A DNA stretch of 64,000 nt from Macrostomum lignano (GCA_002269645.1 NIVC01003266.1:44170-108169), one strand, 5' to 3'; counted from the first letter of the stretch, positions 1 through 12,767 are shown. Notes: generated by a model from the letters alone, not told the origin. Translations and numbers: made by a program.

Positions 1-90
1 ATTCTCAGATATCCCAACAGCTAGCTGAAATTCTCAGAAATCCCATTGGCTGACATTCTCAGATATCCTATTAGCTGGCATTGTCAGATG

Positions 91-365
91 CTGTGGAAGG
101 GATTGCTAGAATGCACTGTGGAAGGGATTGCTAGAATGCACTGTAGAAGGGATTCTTAGAATGCACTGTAGAAGGGATTCTTAGAATGCACTGTGGAAGG
201 GATTCTTAGAATGCACTGTAGAAGGGATTCTTAGAATGCACTGTGGAAGGGATTCTTAGAATGCACTGTGGAAGGGATTCTTAGAATGCACTGTAGAAGG
301 GATTCTTAGAATGCACTGTGGAAGGGATTCTTAGAATGCACTGTGGAAGGGATTCTTAGAATGCA
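91..365. repeat. 25-bp minisatellite (ctgtggaagggattcttagaatgca), 11 copies
   Basis: Directly visible tandem units starting at 91, 116, 141 and so on; a remnant of the same unit recurs at about 4434-4490. Confidence 0.97.
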
Positions 366-658
366 CAGTACAAGTCGAAGACACTCATAGAAGTGAAGGG
401 AAGAGAAGGGAAAATTAGATACTTGCTATTGGATTACCAAAACTGCAATTAAGGTATCATCAGTCCAACTATATCTTAAATACCCCATATCCTAAATTTC
501 AGTCTCCAATTTTGACTTACGCACCCAATCTAAAGGTACTTCATATTCATGCCAGTGCCAATGCAGCAGGAATTTTAGCATGTAGGGCCAAGGTAGCAAT
601 TCTTTTTCCATGCTAAAATTTACTTGTGATGGCTTTTCAACACATGTGCTTCAATAAC

Positions 659-2208
659 TCACTGATTTCTTGAACTGCCAGAGAAATCTTCGCATGACAT
701 TCTGCTTGTTTCATCAGCCTGCGTACTCCAGTCGATTCGTGTTGACTCGAGTTGGCTCTCACAAGACGGCACCAGTCTGTATAGTTTCTGTAGAAAGGTA
801 AAATTAATAAACAAAAATTTACAAGTTTGCTTAAAACTGAATTTTATACATTCTTGACCGAGTAATATACAATACTGTAGCAACTTAGAGTGAATAGATC
901 TGTACTACAGAAAGATACTAAACATTAAATAAGTTACATGTACAATGAACACGCGCACCTTTATTCCTTCTCCAAAGTCCAAGACAATTTCGTCTACATC
1001 CCGGAAGGATTCGTGCGATACCGGTAGTTGCATAATAACTCGCCTGTTGCTTCCCCTTTGGTCAGAAGAGCCGCCAACCGCGCCTGATGGACACGGAGCA
1101 CCCAGAGGTTGAAACTCAGTATCGCTCTGCTTAGCATTCGTATACCAGTCAGTCAAATTCGTAACCTCGGTGTCGTCCGAGTTGAGCCGAACTTCAGAGC
1201 AAGTACATCCAAGTACAACAGCGCCAGCGTACTCTTGTACTTTTGCTCGTCGTATCGACAAAATGTCGCCGACACTCCAGTTGACAGCTTGATCGGAGGA
1301 CGACCCCCAAAATGTGCAGGAGACAGAACGACAGGACTGGTCAACAAGAGTCACTTTGGCTACGTTTATCCGCTTCCCAGCCTTCGTCATGACTTCCTCG
1401 GGCGGCTGCAGTGCGTCGATTGCTCCAAGGACATCGACATTTCTAATAAAAGGCAATACAGAGGGGACAGTTTTAAAAGTCTTTTAAAACCTCAAAAACG
1501 CCTTTTGAAGTTCATTTGAATCCTATTCCTACCTACATCAATTGAAGAATGAATATAATGGACTGCTAGTCTAGCCAACATCAAGGAATGAAGGCATACA
1601 ATAGATTGCTAATCTAGTCAAAATAATTTATAAAAGCCGAACATACACTACAGTGCTACACAATTGCCTATACAATTCTCTATTTTCCAATATGCTATAC
1701 TATTATGTCTATTTTACATATAATAATATTGTATACTGTGTCTATACAATAAATACAAGTATAGATACAATGCAACTCACTCTTGCAGGCGTACGTTTTG
1801 AAGGTCGCTTATTCGCGTATAGTTACACGCCCGTTCACTAACAGTCGGAACTTCATTGCTTCGAAATATTGATCCCTTGGAGTCAACAGAAAGAGACACC
1901 TCCATAGGATTATTCGTGCTGTTGTATCTCGGATCCGAAGTCTTTACCATTCCGCCGGCTATCCGAACAGCATCGGAAGTATTGCAAACTTCCCAAATAG
2001 ACCGCAGGTCCTTGCCGAAAACGCTGACTCTCATCTCAGCCGAGTCGTCTACCAAGACGAATGAAAAAACTTCGCTTCGGACGTCGTTCTTCATGTAGGA
2101 CCTGATCTCCTTCAAATCGGTTACAAGGCCAGTAACCGCCGCATTCATGTAGCCCAGTTTCAGGCCAGAGATATTTGCCTTAATCTTCTTGTTGATTGTA
2201 GACGCCAT
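659..2208 (-). CDS. RPA70/RPA1-like ssDNA-binding protein with only two OB folds (DBD-A and DBD-B-like), about 346 aa, 3 exons
   Basis: Exons 2208-1781, 1442-959 and 787-659 join in frame through GT-AG sites (ga|gtgagt...tttattag|a). FSFVLVDDSAEMRVSVFG, NVDVLG, TLVDQSCRSVSCTFWG and LTDWY parallel RPA1 FSLELVDESGEIRATAFN, VDIIG, YLMDTSGKVVTATLWG and LRGWF (recalled sequence). The last exon and its frame are less certain. Confidence 0.82.
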
Positions 2209-3077
2209 TGTAGCTTAGTTGTTCAGTTTAACAGTTTTAACAAAGTAGAAACAAAACTTAGAAAATAGAAAGAGCTTCTAGAAATGTTGCAGTGCAAAAT
2301 ACTTCAGTAGAAATAGCAGGTTAAACTCACAGTTTGCAATACATTTCGATTTAAATAGTCAAGCCCACACCCCAATCACCAGCAGTCAACCCCACACAAC
2401 TAAACAGCCAATCAGAACACAGATAACACTCCCTCCCTGTGCAATCTCTTCGTTTCCAGACTAAATCGGCTGGGGTGGGTGGACTCTGGACCTTGTGGCG
2501 TGATCACACGATGCTAATTGAACTCCCACGACCAACCCCTCGTTGTCTGCGACTTATCGTTTTTCACACTCATGAAAAGTAGCATAAACTTTCTTAGTCA
2601 TTTATCCAGTTCATCTGAACTTGTCTGTGCTTACTCCATTTTCTCACCCTTTTTCATCTAATTCAGTCTTCTTATTCTTTTCTCTGTTTATACCCGCCGT
2701 CTCATTAGCTCTATAATCTCGCGCCTATCTCCACCACCCCTCCTAATTCTTACTTGCAATCAACCATAACCCCGGAGTTTACTCCTGAGTCATTGCAATG
2801 GCTAAGAAAGTAGCAACAATTAAAAAGTGCAGGGTATTCTGTGTTGTTTACCGCTTCAAACTGGTTTTGATTCAATCTCCCCAGGCCCAGCTTGGCTTAA
2901 GCCCCAACCACTGCTGTCACTCTCTTGAGCTTAGCTCCACTTGTCTGCCCCACCCCTGCGTGGCCAATCCACCAACCCACCCCAAAACGTTTTGCTATAA
3001 ATATATTCTCACTTTTTGCCCATTTTATCTTCGCTACTGAATTTCCTACTATTGCTACTACTATTCTGAAAGTTGAA

Positions 3078-3686
3078 ATGAAAGTTACCATCATCGAAGG
3101 CGGCCGGCCTCGATGCCGCCAGAACCAACCCCGTAGAAGTAAGTATCGTACATATTGTTACTACTTTTTCATTTCACCTCTCTAGAAGTGTTGTGTAGAG
3201 TTTTATAAATACTGAACACTTACACAAACTTTCTTCTTTCTTGTTAACTCGTAGAAGCAAAAAACCCGTAGAGTTCTAAATACACAACGCATACACACAT
3301 TTGCTTCCTCTCTTTCTTCACTCTTTGAAGCAAACAAACCAATCGTACGAATCAATCTTAGTCGAACTATATACTGAATTTAATTCTGGGCTTAAGTATA
3401 AATCAAACACGATTGTGTTAAATTAAAAAAACTGACAATTTCACCATACACGCCTTCTTTCACAGAAATCGAATGCTACTTCTGCGGGGAAAACCACAGA
3501 GTGTCTCGCTGCAAGGCAGTGAAACAATACTACGCCCGACAGCGGCAGGAGCAGCAGGCACAGCAGCAGCAGGCACAGCAGCAGCAGGCCCAGCAACAGC
3601 AACAGCAGCAACAAAACCACCAGCAGGCGCAGCAGCAGGAGAAGCAGCAGCAGCAGCAGCAGCGACAGCAGCAGCACAAGCAATAA
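3078..3686 (+). CDS. Small CCHC zinc-knuckle protein with poly-Gln tail, about 93 aa, 2 exons
   Basis: ATG 3078; exon 3078-3138; intron gtaagt...actgac...ttctttcacag; exon 3466-3686. Product MKVTIIEGGRPRCRQNQPRRKIE-CYFCGENHRVSRC-KAVKQYYARQRQEQQAQQQ... contains an exact CX2CX4HX4C motif that the ORF track misses. An additional upstream exon is possible. Confidence 0.75.
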
Positions 3687-4191
3687 TAGCATAGCATCCA
3701 CCACAGTTGCAATCTAAAATAAACATTTGCTGCCAGAAATTGCTGCCTTTTTTGAAATTTGCTGAACAGTGTGCTTTCTGAACTTTCTCTTTTGAATTAG
3801 TGTAGAGGCGCAGTCATTGGCGGAAACTATATAGAACAAATTAAATCTTACTACATGTACTTACAGTAAAACACTGCAACCTGGAACTACCATATTGATG
3901 ACGCACACAAACCTGTACATTTAAAGTAATTTAACTAACCAAAATATCAGAATGGCTGACAATAAATATACAGTAAACTTTTCTGCTTAAACTTCACACA
4001 AAGCAATTTTTAAAAATTATTCATTGTCCCAAAAATTAGGTACGTAATAAGAGAGCAGTTCCGATTGATTAATCCTTTTCTCTGCGTACTCAGACAAAAC
4101 ACAAGAAACTCTATTACAAACAATTTTTGTAGGACCTAATTGCATCTTTCGACTTGATTAAAAGAATCACTGCTTTGAAAGTAGTAGAATC

Positions 4192-4239
4192 ACTACTACT
4201 ACTACCTACTTACTACTACTACTACTACTACTACTACTA
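4192..4239. repeat. (TAC)n microsatellite
   Basis: Visible tactactac run. Confidence 0.95.
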
Positions 4240-4602
4240 TGTCATGTTATGTTTATTACATTATTATGACTCATCAATTTGTTCGGCAAGTCAGTACCAG
4301 TCTCTATTAAAATCAAGTATTGTGCTATGCTTCCATACTCAACGCTGTTAATTTATTTACTCTGTATTTACAATTGCAAAAAGTCATAAAAGAATAAGAA
4401 TCGAGATGTTTCTGCAGAAGGCCTCGGCAACAAGAATGCATCTTAGAATGCACTGTAGAAGGGATTCTTAGAATACAAAGTAGAATAGATTCTTAGAATA
4501 GAAAAGTACAAGACTATTAAGAGCGATAATCCTTGGCTTATCAAGTGCAGTAATCCCTGGTTTATCAAGCCACCTGGTTTATCATTACTACCTTTACACT
4601 AC

Positions 4603-4662
4603 TTAGATTCGAACCCTGGTCGCTGCATTAGCAGTCCAGTCTTCTATTCATATCTAGGCTAG
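4603..4662 (-). mobile_element. Degenerate tRNA-derived SINE head
   Basis: Minus strand reads ...ggactgctaatgcagcgaccagGGTTCGAATCt, a B-box plus an anticodon-arm-like segment, with no complete cloverleaf. Confidence 0.4.
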
Positions 4663-5159
4663 CTCTCATTGAAATTACAAATGAATTTGTAACACTTATA
4701 TAATTCAACACTCACACCAAGTCAATTGAGTAAGTCACACGAAGCAGTTATGACATAATCAATTTCTTAGGCAAGTCAGTACCAGTCTCTATTAAAGTTA
4801 GCAATATGGTTATGCAATATAAATCAAGTATTGTGCTAGGCTTCCACACTGCGTTTTCAATACTGTGACGCAATTCAATGCAGTGTCAAAATTCAGCCAG
4901 TACACAGAGTGAATAAATAAAAAGCCTGGTGTGATGCAATCTATTTCAGAATCAGAATTCAACCAGGCTTGGAGGGAATCGCTATAGTGCTGTGATTCTT
5001 AAATAAGGAATCACTAAAATGTAAAGGCTTAGGGGAGAAGAATTGCTGAGATTCAAGGCTTTAGGTTGGGTTAAAGTTAGGTTTAGGTCAGGTTTGGGTT
5101 GAGGGTTAGATTTTAGCGGGTTTCAAGATTAACAGGGGATTTTTCAGATATCAAGGTTT

Positions 5160-5365
5160 ATGGGGGGCATCGCTAACATGTCAAGGCTTACGGGGGGAAT
5201 AGCTGAGATGTCAAGGCTCACGGGGGGAATAGCTGAGATGTCAAGGCTCACGGGGGGAATAGCTGAGATGTCAAGGCTCACGGGGGGAATAGCTGAGATG
5301 TCAAGGCTCACGGGGGGAATAGCTGAGATGTCAAGGCTCACGGGGAATAACTGAGATGTCAAGGC
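5160..5365. repeat. 30-bp minisatellite (gggggaatagctgagatgtcaaggctcacg)
   Basis: About 6-7 tandem units; it produces the 10-aa periodic ORFs in the track. Confidence 0.95.
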
Positions 5366-6065
5366 TAAATTCACAAGCTACATGTAGTTCATTGAAAAAT
5401 GTTTTCATTATTTGTTGGCTCTTCACGGGAAGGATCGCTGATAGATAAAGTGTAATGTAAAAAATAAAAAAAGCTTCATGTCGAAGTTAAGAGATTCATT
5501 TGGGAATCCCTACGATGTCGAGGCTTGCAGGGAATCGCTATAATGCTGTAGTGCTATAATGACTCTCGGAGAGAATTACTGAAATGTCAATGCTTTAAGG
5601 TTAGGGTTAGGGTTAGGGTTAGAAGGTTAACAGATTTTTTAAGATTTCAAGGCTTATGGGGGGAATTGCTGAGATGTCAAGGCTTTCAAGGGACTGCTGA
5701 GGTATTGCAAAGAGATGCTACATGTAGTTTATTAAAAACTTGTATTGCATTTTTTGGCTCCCCAACGGGGGGCGCTGATTGCTAGTATTTTTTCTAATCA
5801 TTTTAATTATGACAACCAGCTGCCTTTAGCGATGTGCAGCAAATCTCTTTAAATAAACTTTTATTGCCGGCAAAAAAGAAGCAGAAATAACACGACTTTG
5901 ATTTTTCCTGAGATGTTGCAATCTCTCTGGCATCAACTTTCTTTTATGCCATCACCATGAGAACACGCAAATCAAGTTTAATTTTTCCAATAGATTGAAA
6001 TTTGATTTATTTTTTTACAATAATAATTAATTTTATTTCATACAGTATTATTAATATTAATAATA

Positions 6066-9000
6066 TTAGTCATTATAAATATGCCAAAAAATGTATATTA
6101 TTGTCATTATAAATAATACTAGTAATAACATTATTATTATTATTATGGCATAATTAATTTTATTAATATAAGCTATTTGGGGATAACATTTTTTTGTTTT
6201 TCCATTTACTTTATGTTCAATACCTTCTTTGTCAATAACATTAAGTCTGTTTTGCACTTCTTTTGCTAAGCCAGCAACATCGTTATTGAATGGGTAGTCG
6301 TCAATACAGAGTACATCATAAAGTGCCATCAGCAACCGGCTGCCGTCCTTCTCCTGCCATCGGCTGGCATAGCCTCTCTGGCTGCTGTAGATCACCGAGC
6401 AATTGTGCCGCAGCTTCAGTGGCAGTGAGGCTCCGTCTTCAGGTCCAGAGTCGAGCGCTGGGTACTTTTGCATCTCATAATGCTCTTCGGTGCCTCGGCA
6501 AGCGTGGTAAACTGTCAGAACGTCGTTCGCTGTACTTGACAATGGTCCTAACAGCTCTCTCAATTGGATATGCTCTGTTTGCTCTGTTCCAGTTGAAAAT
6601 CCATTTCTGTTCCCATGCGATGAAATGAACAGAAAAAAATCAAAACATTTTGTCTGATATTTATTCGTGATGTTCTCTTTAATGACGTCAAGAAGGTCTT
6701 GCTTCGAACCATTCTTTTTTTGGTACTGGATGAGCTTAGTACAACCAAGTATCTCGGCTACATCTCGGATGTTATCGCGGTCAGCGTCGTAGCCATCATG
6801 TAGCGTATCATTTCTGTTGTTGTTGTTGGTGATGTTGCTGTTGTTGTTGCTGCTATTGTTGTTGTTGTTGTTGGGATTCTCAAATTTAATTACGATGGAC
6901 ACCGCAATTCTTTCTTTTCTTAATACTGAAATGAAAAGCGCAATTAAAAAAAAACTTTTAGCTGCCTGTTATTCAAAATTACAATGTAAAATTCCTAAGG
7001 CATTCAGACATTTAAGTACCACTTACTTTGACCTGTTTCCGGGATCTTTGGCGATAAATAAATCTCTATTACGGTGGGCTCCGCAGTGCTTTGTTTTTCT
7101 CTCGATGCTGAAATGAAAAACGCAATGTGGAAAAGCATTATAGCTATCTGTCACTGAAAATCAAAATGTTTCTGACAACTCAGATAGTTACATTTGGTTT
7201 CCTGAAATCTTAGATCCCCACTCCTTACATCCCAGATCCCCACTCCTCACATCCCAGATCCCCGCTCCTCACATCCCAGATCCCGCTCCTTACATCCCAG
7301 ATCCCCGCTCCTCACATCCCAGATCCCCGCTCCTCACATCCCAGATCCCCGCTCCTCACATCCCAGATCCCCGCTCCTCACATCCCAAATCCCCACTCCT
7401 TACATCCCAGATCCCTTACTCCTCACATCCCAGATCCCCACTCCTTACATCCCAGATCCCTTACTCCTCACATCCCAGATCCCCGCTCCTCACATCCCAG
7501 ATCCCTTACTCCTCACATCCCAGATCCCTTACTCCACATCCCAGATCCCCGCTCCTCACATCCCAGATCCCCGCTCCTCACATCTTAGATTCCCGCTCCT
7601 CACATCCCAGATCCCGCTCCTTACATCCCAGATCCCGCTCCTAACATCCCAGATCCCCGCTCCTCACATCCCAGATCCCCGCTCCTCACATCCCAAATCC
7701 CCACTCCTCACATCCCAGATCCCCACTCCTTACATCCCAGATCCCTTACTCCTTACATCCCAGATCCCTTACTCCTCACATCCCAGATCCCCGCTCCTCA
7801 CATCCCAGATCCCTTACTCCTCACATCCCAGATCCCTTACTCCACATCCCAGATCCCCGCTCCTCACATCCCAGATCCCTTACTCCTCACATCCCAGATC
7901 CCTTACTCCACATCCCAGATCCCCGCTCCTCACATCCCAGATCCCCGCTCCTCACATCCCAGATTCCCGCTCCTCACATCCCAGATCCCCGCTCCTCACA
8001 TCCCAGATCCCTTACTCCACATCCCAGATCCCCGCTCCTCACATCCCAGATCCCGCTCCTTACATCCCAGATCCCCGCTCCTAACATCCCAGATCCCCGC
8101 TCCTCACATCCCAGATCTCCGCTCCTCACATCCCAGATCCCCGCTCCTCACATCCCAGATCTCCGCTCCTCACATCCCAGATCCCCGCTCCTCACATCCC
8201 AGATCCCCGCTCCTCACATCCCAAATCCCCACTTTTAGCTTGCGATTGTAGATCGTACTGTTAATTGTAAAATTCCGAAGGCATTCATACATTTAAGTGT
8301 CACTTACTTTGACCCGCTTCCGGAATATTTGGCAGCTGATGATCATCCTCGAGTTGTGGTTCTCCTTTGTACTCATTGTCAAACAGAAATCCGCTGTGGA
8401 ATTTAGAGTTCAGATGGGATTCAATCTCTATTTTGCACACTATTAGCAGTTTTGCTATCAGAACTGCGTGCTACATGTATCAGATACCAAAGGAGATTCG
8501 CCGGAAGGCAGCAACGCAGGCACACGGAGGGGGCGACTTAAATGATTTTTGTTTGAGAAGGTGCGCAACAAAAAGTTGACCCGTCTTCTTGAATTTCGTG
8601 TGCCTGCGTTGCTCCGCTCATTCGAAACCATAAGCTTCGTCGCTGCATTTGGGGCACTGTGCACGAAGGCGCGACGAATGTTTCTTACATTCTTAGAACT
8701 GACGTCTCACCCAAAATGAGACCCACTTTCATTATATAATTATTCTGCGCAGTCTTCTCAGTATTTCCTTACAAACTGCATGCCCTGCTTACGAGGGGAT
8801 GCTCTTATTAACTCTAAAAATTACAAAAACGAAGTTGAATGGCCTATAAATTTTCTAGAAAGTTTAGCGCTCCAAATCTTCCTATTTCAATTGGGCCTTA
8901 AAAAATAAAATAAAGTAGACTTTCACGGATAGGCTACAATAAAGTCTTGAAAATTCCCATGTTTCCTACTATACTCATGCAGCTTCAGCAGCAAATGATT

Positions 9001-9316
9001 CTCCCCATCAGAAGTACTCACGCCACATCCGTTGTCTTCTGTTGCTCATTGTGCCCAGTAGCATCCAGTTCGGCTCGCTGCTCTTCTAGCGATCGAACCG
9101 ACCCGTCATTCACGGGGTCACTAAACGCTACTGTTTCTGGCACTTGCAGCAATTTCTCGCGATTTCTCGCACTGTCAGCAGTTAATTGAGATGACTGTGC
9201 GTCGGCGCAATTGTACAACGCCAACACCTCGCTGCTAGCCTCGCCCTTTAAAGTTTAAATCATAATAAGAGTGTAGCCATATAGGAATTTGTTTGGGTTT
9301 GCTCGGAATTGCTCAT
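6066..9316 (-). CDS. Caspase-like (peptidase C14) gene, paralog 1, HACRG type; first exon frame-disrupted
   Basis: Catalytic exon 6925-6066 has IAVSIVI, FLFISSHG, VYHACRG and GYASRWQEKDGSRLL. Upstream exons 7107-7027, 8393-8308 and one ending at 9022 are phase-compatible. The ATG at 9316 matches paralog 2 but hits a stop after 18 codons. Confidence 0.8.
7213..8230. repeat. 22-bp minisatellite (ctcacatcccagatccccgctc) in a caspase-1 intron
   Basis: About 45 tandem units with minor variants. Confidence 0.97.
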
Positions 9317-9339
9317 AACGAAAAGGAGGTTTAAAGCGA

Positions 9340-9607
9340 AGATCTGGGATGCCAGGAGCTTAAAGTGGGATCTGGGATGCCAGCAGCTTAGAGTGGGAAT
9401 CTAGGATTCCAGGAGCTTCAAGTAGGGATCTGGGATGCCAGGAGCTTAAAGTGGGGATCTGGGATGCCAGGAGCTTAAAGAGGGGATCTGGTAGGCCAGG
9501 AGCTTAAAGAGGGGATCTGGTAGGCCAGGAGCTTAAAGAGGGGATCTGGTAGGCCAGGAGCTTAAAGTGGGGATCTGGGATGTCAGGAGCCTCAAGTGAG
9601 GATCTGG
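9340..9607. repeat. 28-29-bp minisatellite (reverse complement of aagctcctgacatcccagatccccacttt)
   Basis: About 9 units; same core as the 22-bp array and the 25630-26305 array. Confidence 0.93.
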
Positions 9608-9649
9608 CAGTGTGCGAAATCGGCAGGCTGCAGCCAAGCCGGCACTCAC

Positions 9650-12099
9650 GGATCCGCTGATGGGGGTGTACAGCAGGCAGTCGTTCCCGCCGGGCACCAG
9701 GCTGGTCTTCCGCAGGCTGCTCAGCGCCTCGCCCACGTGGAAGGTGCACTCGGCCACGCACTTCTGGCTGGAGCTGCCCAGCAGGCCGCCCCTGTCAAAC
9801 AGGGAGCCGCGCGCCGAGCCCAGGTCGCCAACATCGTCGGCGTCGTCTTCGACAGCGTCGGGCGGCAGGCGGAGGACGCAGATGTTGCCGAACTTGTCGC
9901 CGACAGCAACACTGAACTGGTCCAGCATGGCCAGGCAGGTCACCCAGCGGGGCAGCGAATCGTCAGCGAACACCAGCAGCTGGTTGTCCGAGGCTCGGTA
10001 GCGCATCCAGAAGACCGACTCCTGCCGGCGAGGGGTTTCGAGATTACTTGGTTATAGTGTTTTCGATACATATCGGCTTACTAAAAAAGTGGGAAACTAA
10101 AACTCCTTAATCAAATTGTTTTCGATACATATCGGCTTATGTATAACAACAGAAAGACGTTGGCAGATTAGGATTGTACACATATTAATCAAATATTTTA
10201 ATGTAACGATAAAACAGGAAATTCAACTCTTATTAGCTACTCATATTTATTCAGCATATACTTGGAGTTTTATGGAATAATTTGCTACGGAACGCAAGAA
10301 ATGAACTAATATTACAAAGCTCAGACTGTGCTAAAATTTCTCACCTGCACATCGGCAGCGACCACGCGATCGCCGAAAGCCGCCACGGACACAATATAGT
10401 TAGGCAGGGCTTTGGTCTCGCATTTGCGCAGCATTTTCTGCTTGCCCAAATCGTAGATTCGCAGCACGCGACTGACTGAGACCAGGACGCGACCCTGCGG
10501 GAATTATTCATTATTGTTTACAGAACTGCTTTGAGAATGGTGTCACTAGAGGTATAGGCAACCGCCATGTCCCTAATGGGAAAAATCTCCCACAAATCCC
10601 AACACAGGTAAAAATCTCCCACAAATCTCAATACAGGTAGAAATCTCCCACAAATCTCAATACAGGTAGAAATCTCCCACAAATCTCAATACAGGTAGAA
10701 ATCTCCCACAAATCTCAATACAGGTAGAAATCTCCCACAAATCCCAACACAGACAGAAATCTCCCACAAATCCCAACACAGGTAAAAATCTCCCACAAAT
10801 CCCAACACAGGTAAAAATCTCCCACAAATCCCAACACAGGTAAAAATCTCCCACAAATCTCAATACAGGTAGAAATCTCCCATAAATCCCAACACAGACA
10901 GATATCTGCCACAAATCCCAATACAGGTAAAAATCTGCCATAAATCCCAACACAGGCAGAAATCTCCCACAAATCCCAACACAGGCAGAAATCTCCCACA
11001 CATCCCAAGACAGGCAGAAATCTCCCACAAATCTCAAGACAGGCAGAAATCTCCCACAAATCCCAACACAGGCAGAAATCTCCCACACATCCCAAGACAG
11101 GCAGAAATCTCCCACAAATCCCATTCCAACAGACAGAAATCTCCCACAAATCCCATTCCAACAGACAGAAATCTCCCACAAATCCCAACACAGTTAGAAA
11201 TCTCCCTCAAATTCTCCTCCTCCCCTTTCCCAGAAATCTCTCAAAACTTCTCCTCCCCTCTCCCAGAAATCTCCCCAACACAGGTACAATTCGTAACCAG
11301 GTAGATAAAAGCGGTCGTGCACCTGAAAGGGGCACATAGCCTGAGGCGCGTCCTCCACAGCGGTCTCGTGCAGGAAGTCCAACCGTTCGAGAGCCCCAAC
11401 AACCCGATAGGTTCGCAGGACGGCGCCGCCAACGGACCTGGGCGCCAGGGTCATGTCCTTGACAATGCCAACTAGCAGGTAGGATTCCATGGGGTTGCAG
11501 GCGAACCGGCACAGGCAGATGCTGAGCGCTGCTTCATTCTGCTGCAGCCGGATAATCTGAGCAGTCTGGCCAGTGAGCGGTCGCATCACGCGGATCACGG
11601 AGGCCCACATGCCGGCGCCGGGCTTGGGCGCACCGAACACTGGCTCGGGCAGGTTCTCGCTGAGGAAGGCGGCGGCCATCTCCCTGACGAGCTGGGCGTC
11701 ACCAGATCGGTCACCGTCGGCTCCGGCCTGCTCAAGCATCTCCTGAGCAATCTGGCGCTTCTTCTGCTGCTTGCTGTCCTCAGTGAAGGCGTTGTGCTCA
11801 GTCTCGATGAGCACGGCTTGGCCGCTCTCGTGTAGCAGCAGGCGGCGCGGCGTGTACTGCAGGGGGAAGGTCACCTGCGGGCGGGGAGGGGGACACGGTA
11901 TGGTCAGCGGGTTGGATTTGAACTGGCGCCAAATGCTGCGGTCACACGTTGCTTGTATTTTAAGAAAGGCAGTGCTGGCTCACTAAAATTGTATAGTGCT
12001 TCTTCGTAAAGCCGATTTGTCTAACTGCCTACCTGCCTGACTGTGTCTGTCTGCCTGTCTGCCTAAGTGTCTGTCTGTTTGTCTGTCTGTCTGCCTAAG

Positions 12100-12148
<49 letters not shown>

Positions 12149-12181
12149 GATTCTGTCTGTCTGTCTGTCTGTCTGTCTGTG

Positions 12182-12224
<43 letters not shown>

Positions 12225-12417
12225 GTCTGTCTGTGTCTGTCTGTCTGTCTGCCTAAGTGTCTGTCTGTGTCCGTCCGTCTGTCTGCCTGTCTGTCTGTCT
12301 GTCTGTGTCTGTCTGTCTGTCTGCCTAAGTGTCTGTCTGTTTGTCTGTCTGTCTGCCTAAGTGTCTGTCTGTGTGTCTGTCTGTCTGTCTGCCTGTCTGT
12401 CTGTCTGTCTGTCTGCC

Positions 12418-12496
<79 letters not shown>

Positions 12497-12539
12497 TTCT
12501 GTCTGTCTGTCTGCCTGTCTGCCTGTTTGTGTCTGTCTT

Positions 12540-12574
<35 letters not shown>

Positions 12575-12617
12575 GCCTAAGTGTCTGTCTGTGTGTCTGT
12601 GTGTCTGTCTGTCTGTG

Positions 12618-12648
<31 letters not shown>

Positions 12649-12701
12649 GTCTGTCTGTCTGTCTGTCTGTCTGTGTCTGTCTGTCTGTTTGTCTGTCTGC
12701 C

Positions 12702-12756
<55 letters not shown>

Positions 12757-12767
12757 GTGTCTGTCTT

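Noticed and set aside
91-4490. LTR retrotransposon bounded by the two 25-bp repeat patches
   Set aside because: Similarity is limited to the minisatellite unit; no TG...CA ends, PBS, PPT or pol sequence.
5597-5622. TTAGGG tracts as a true telomere or healed chromosome end
   Set aside because: Only 3-5 units, interstitial and embedded in other repeats.
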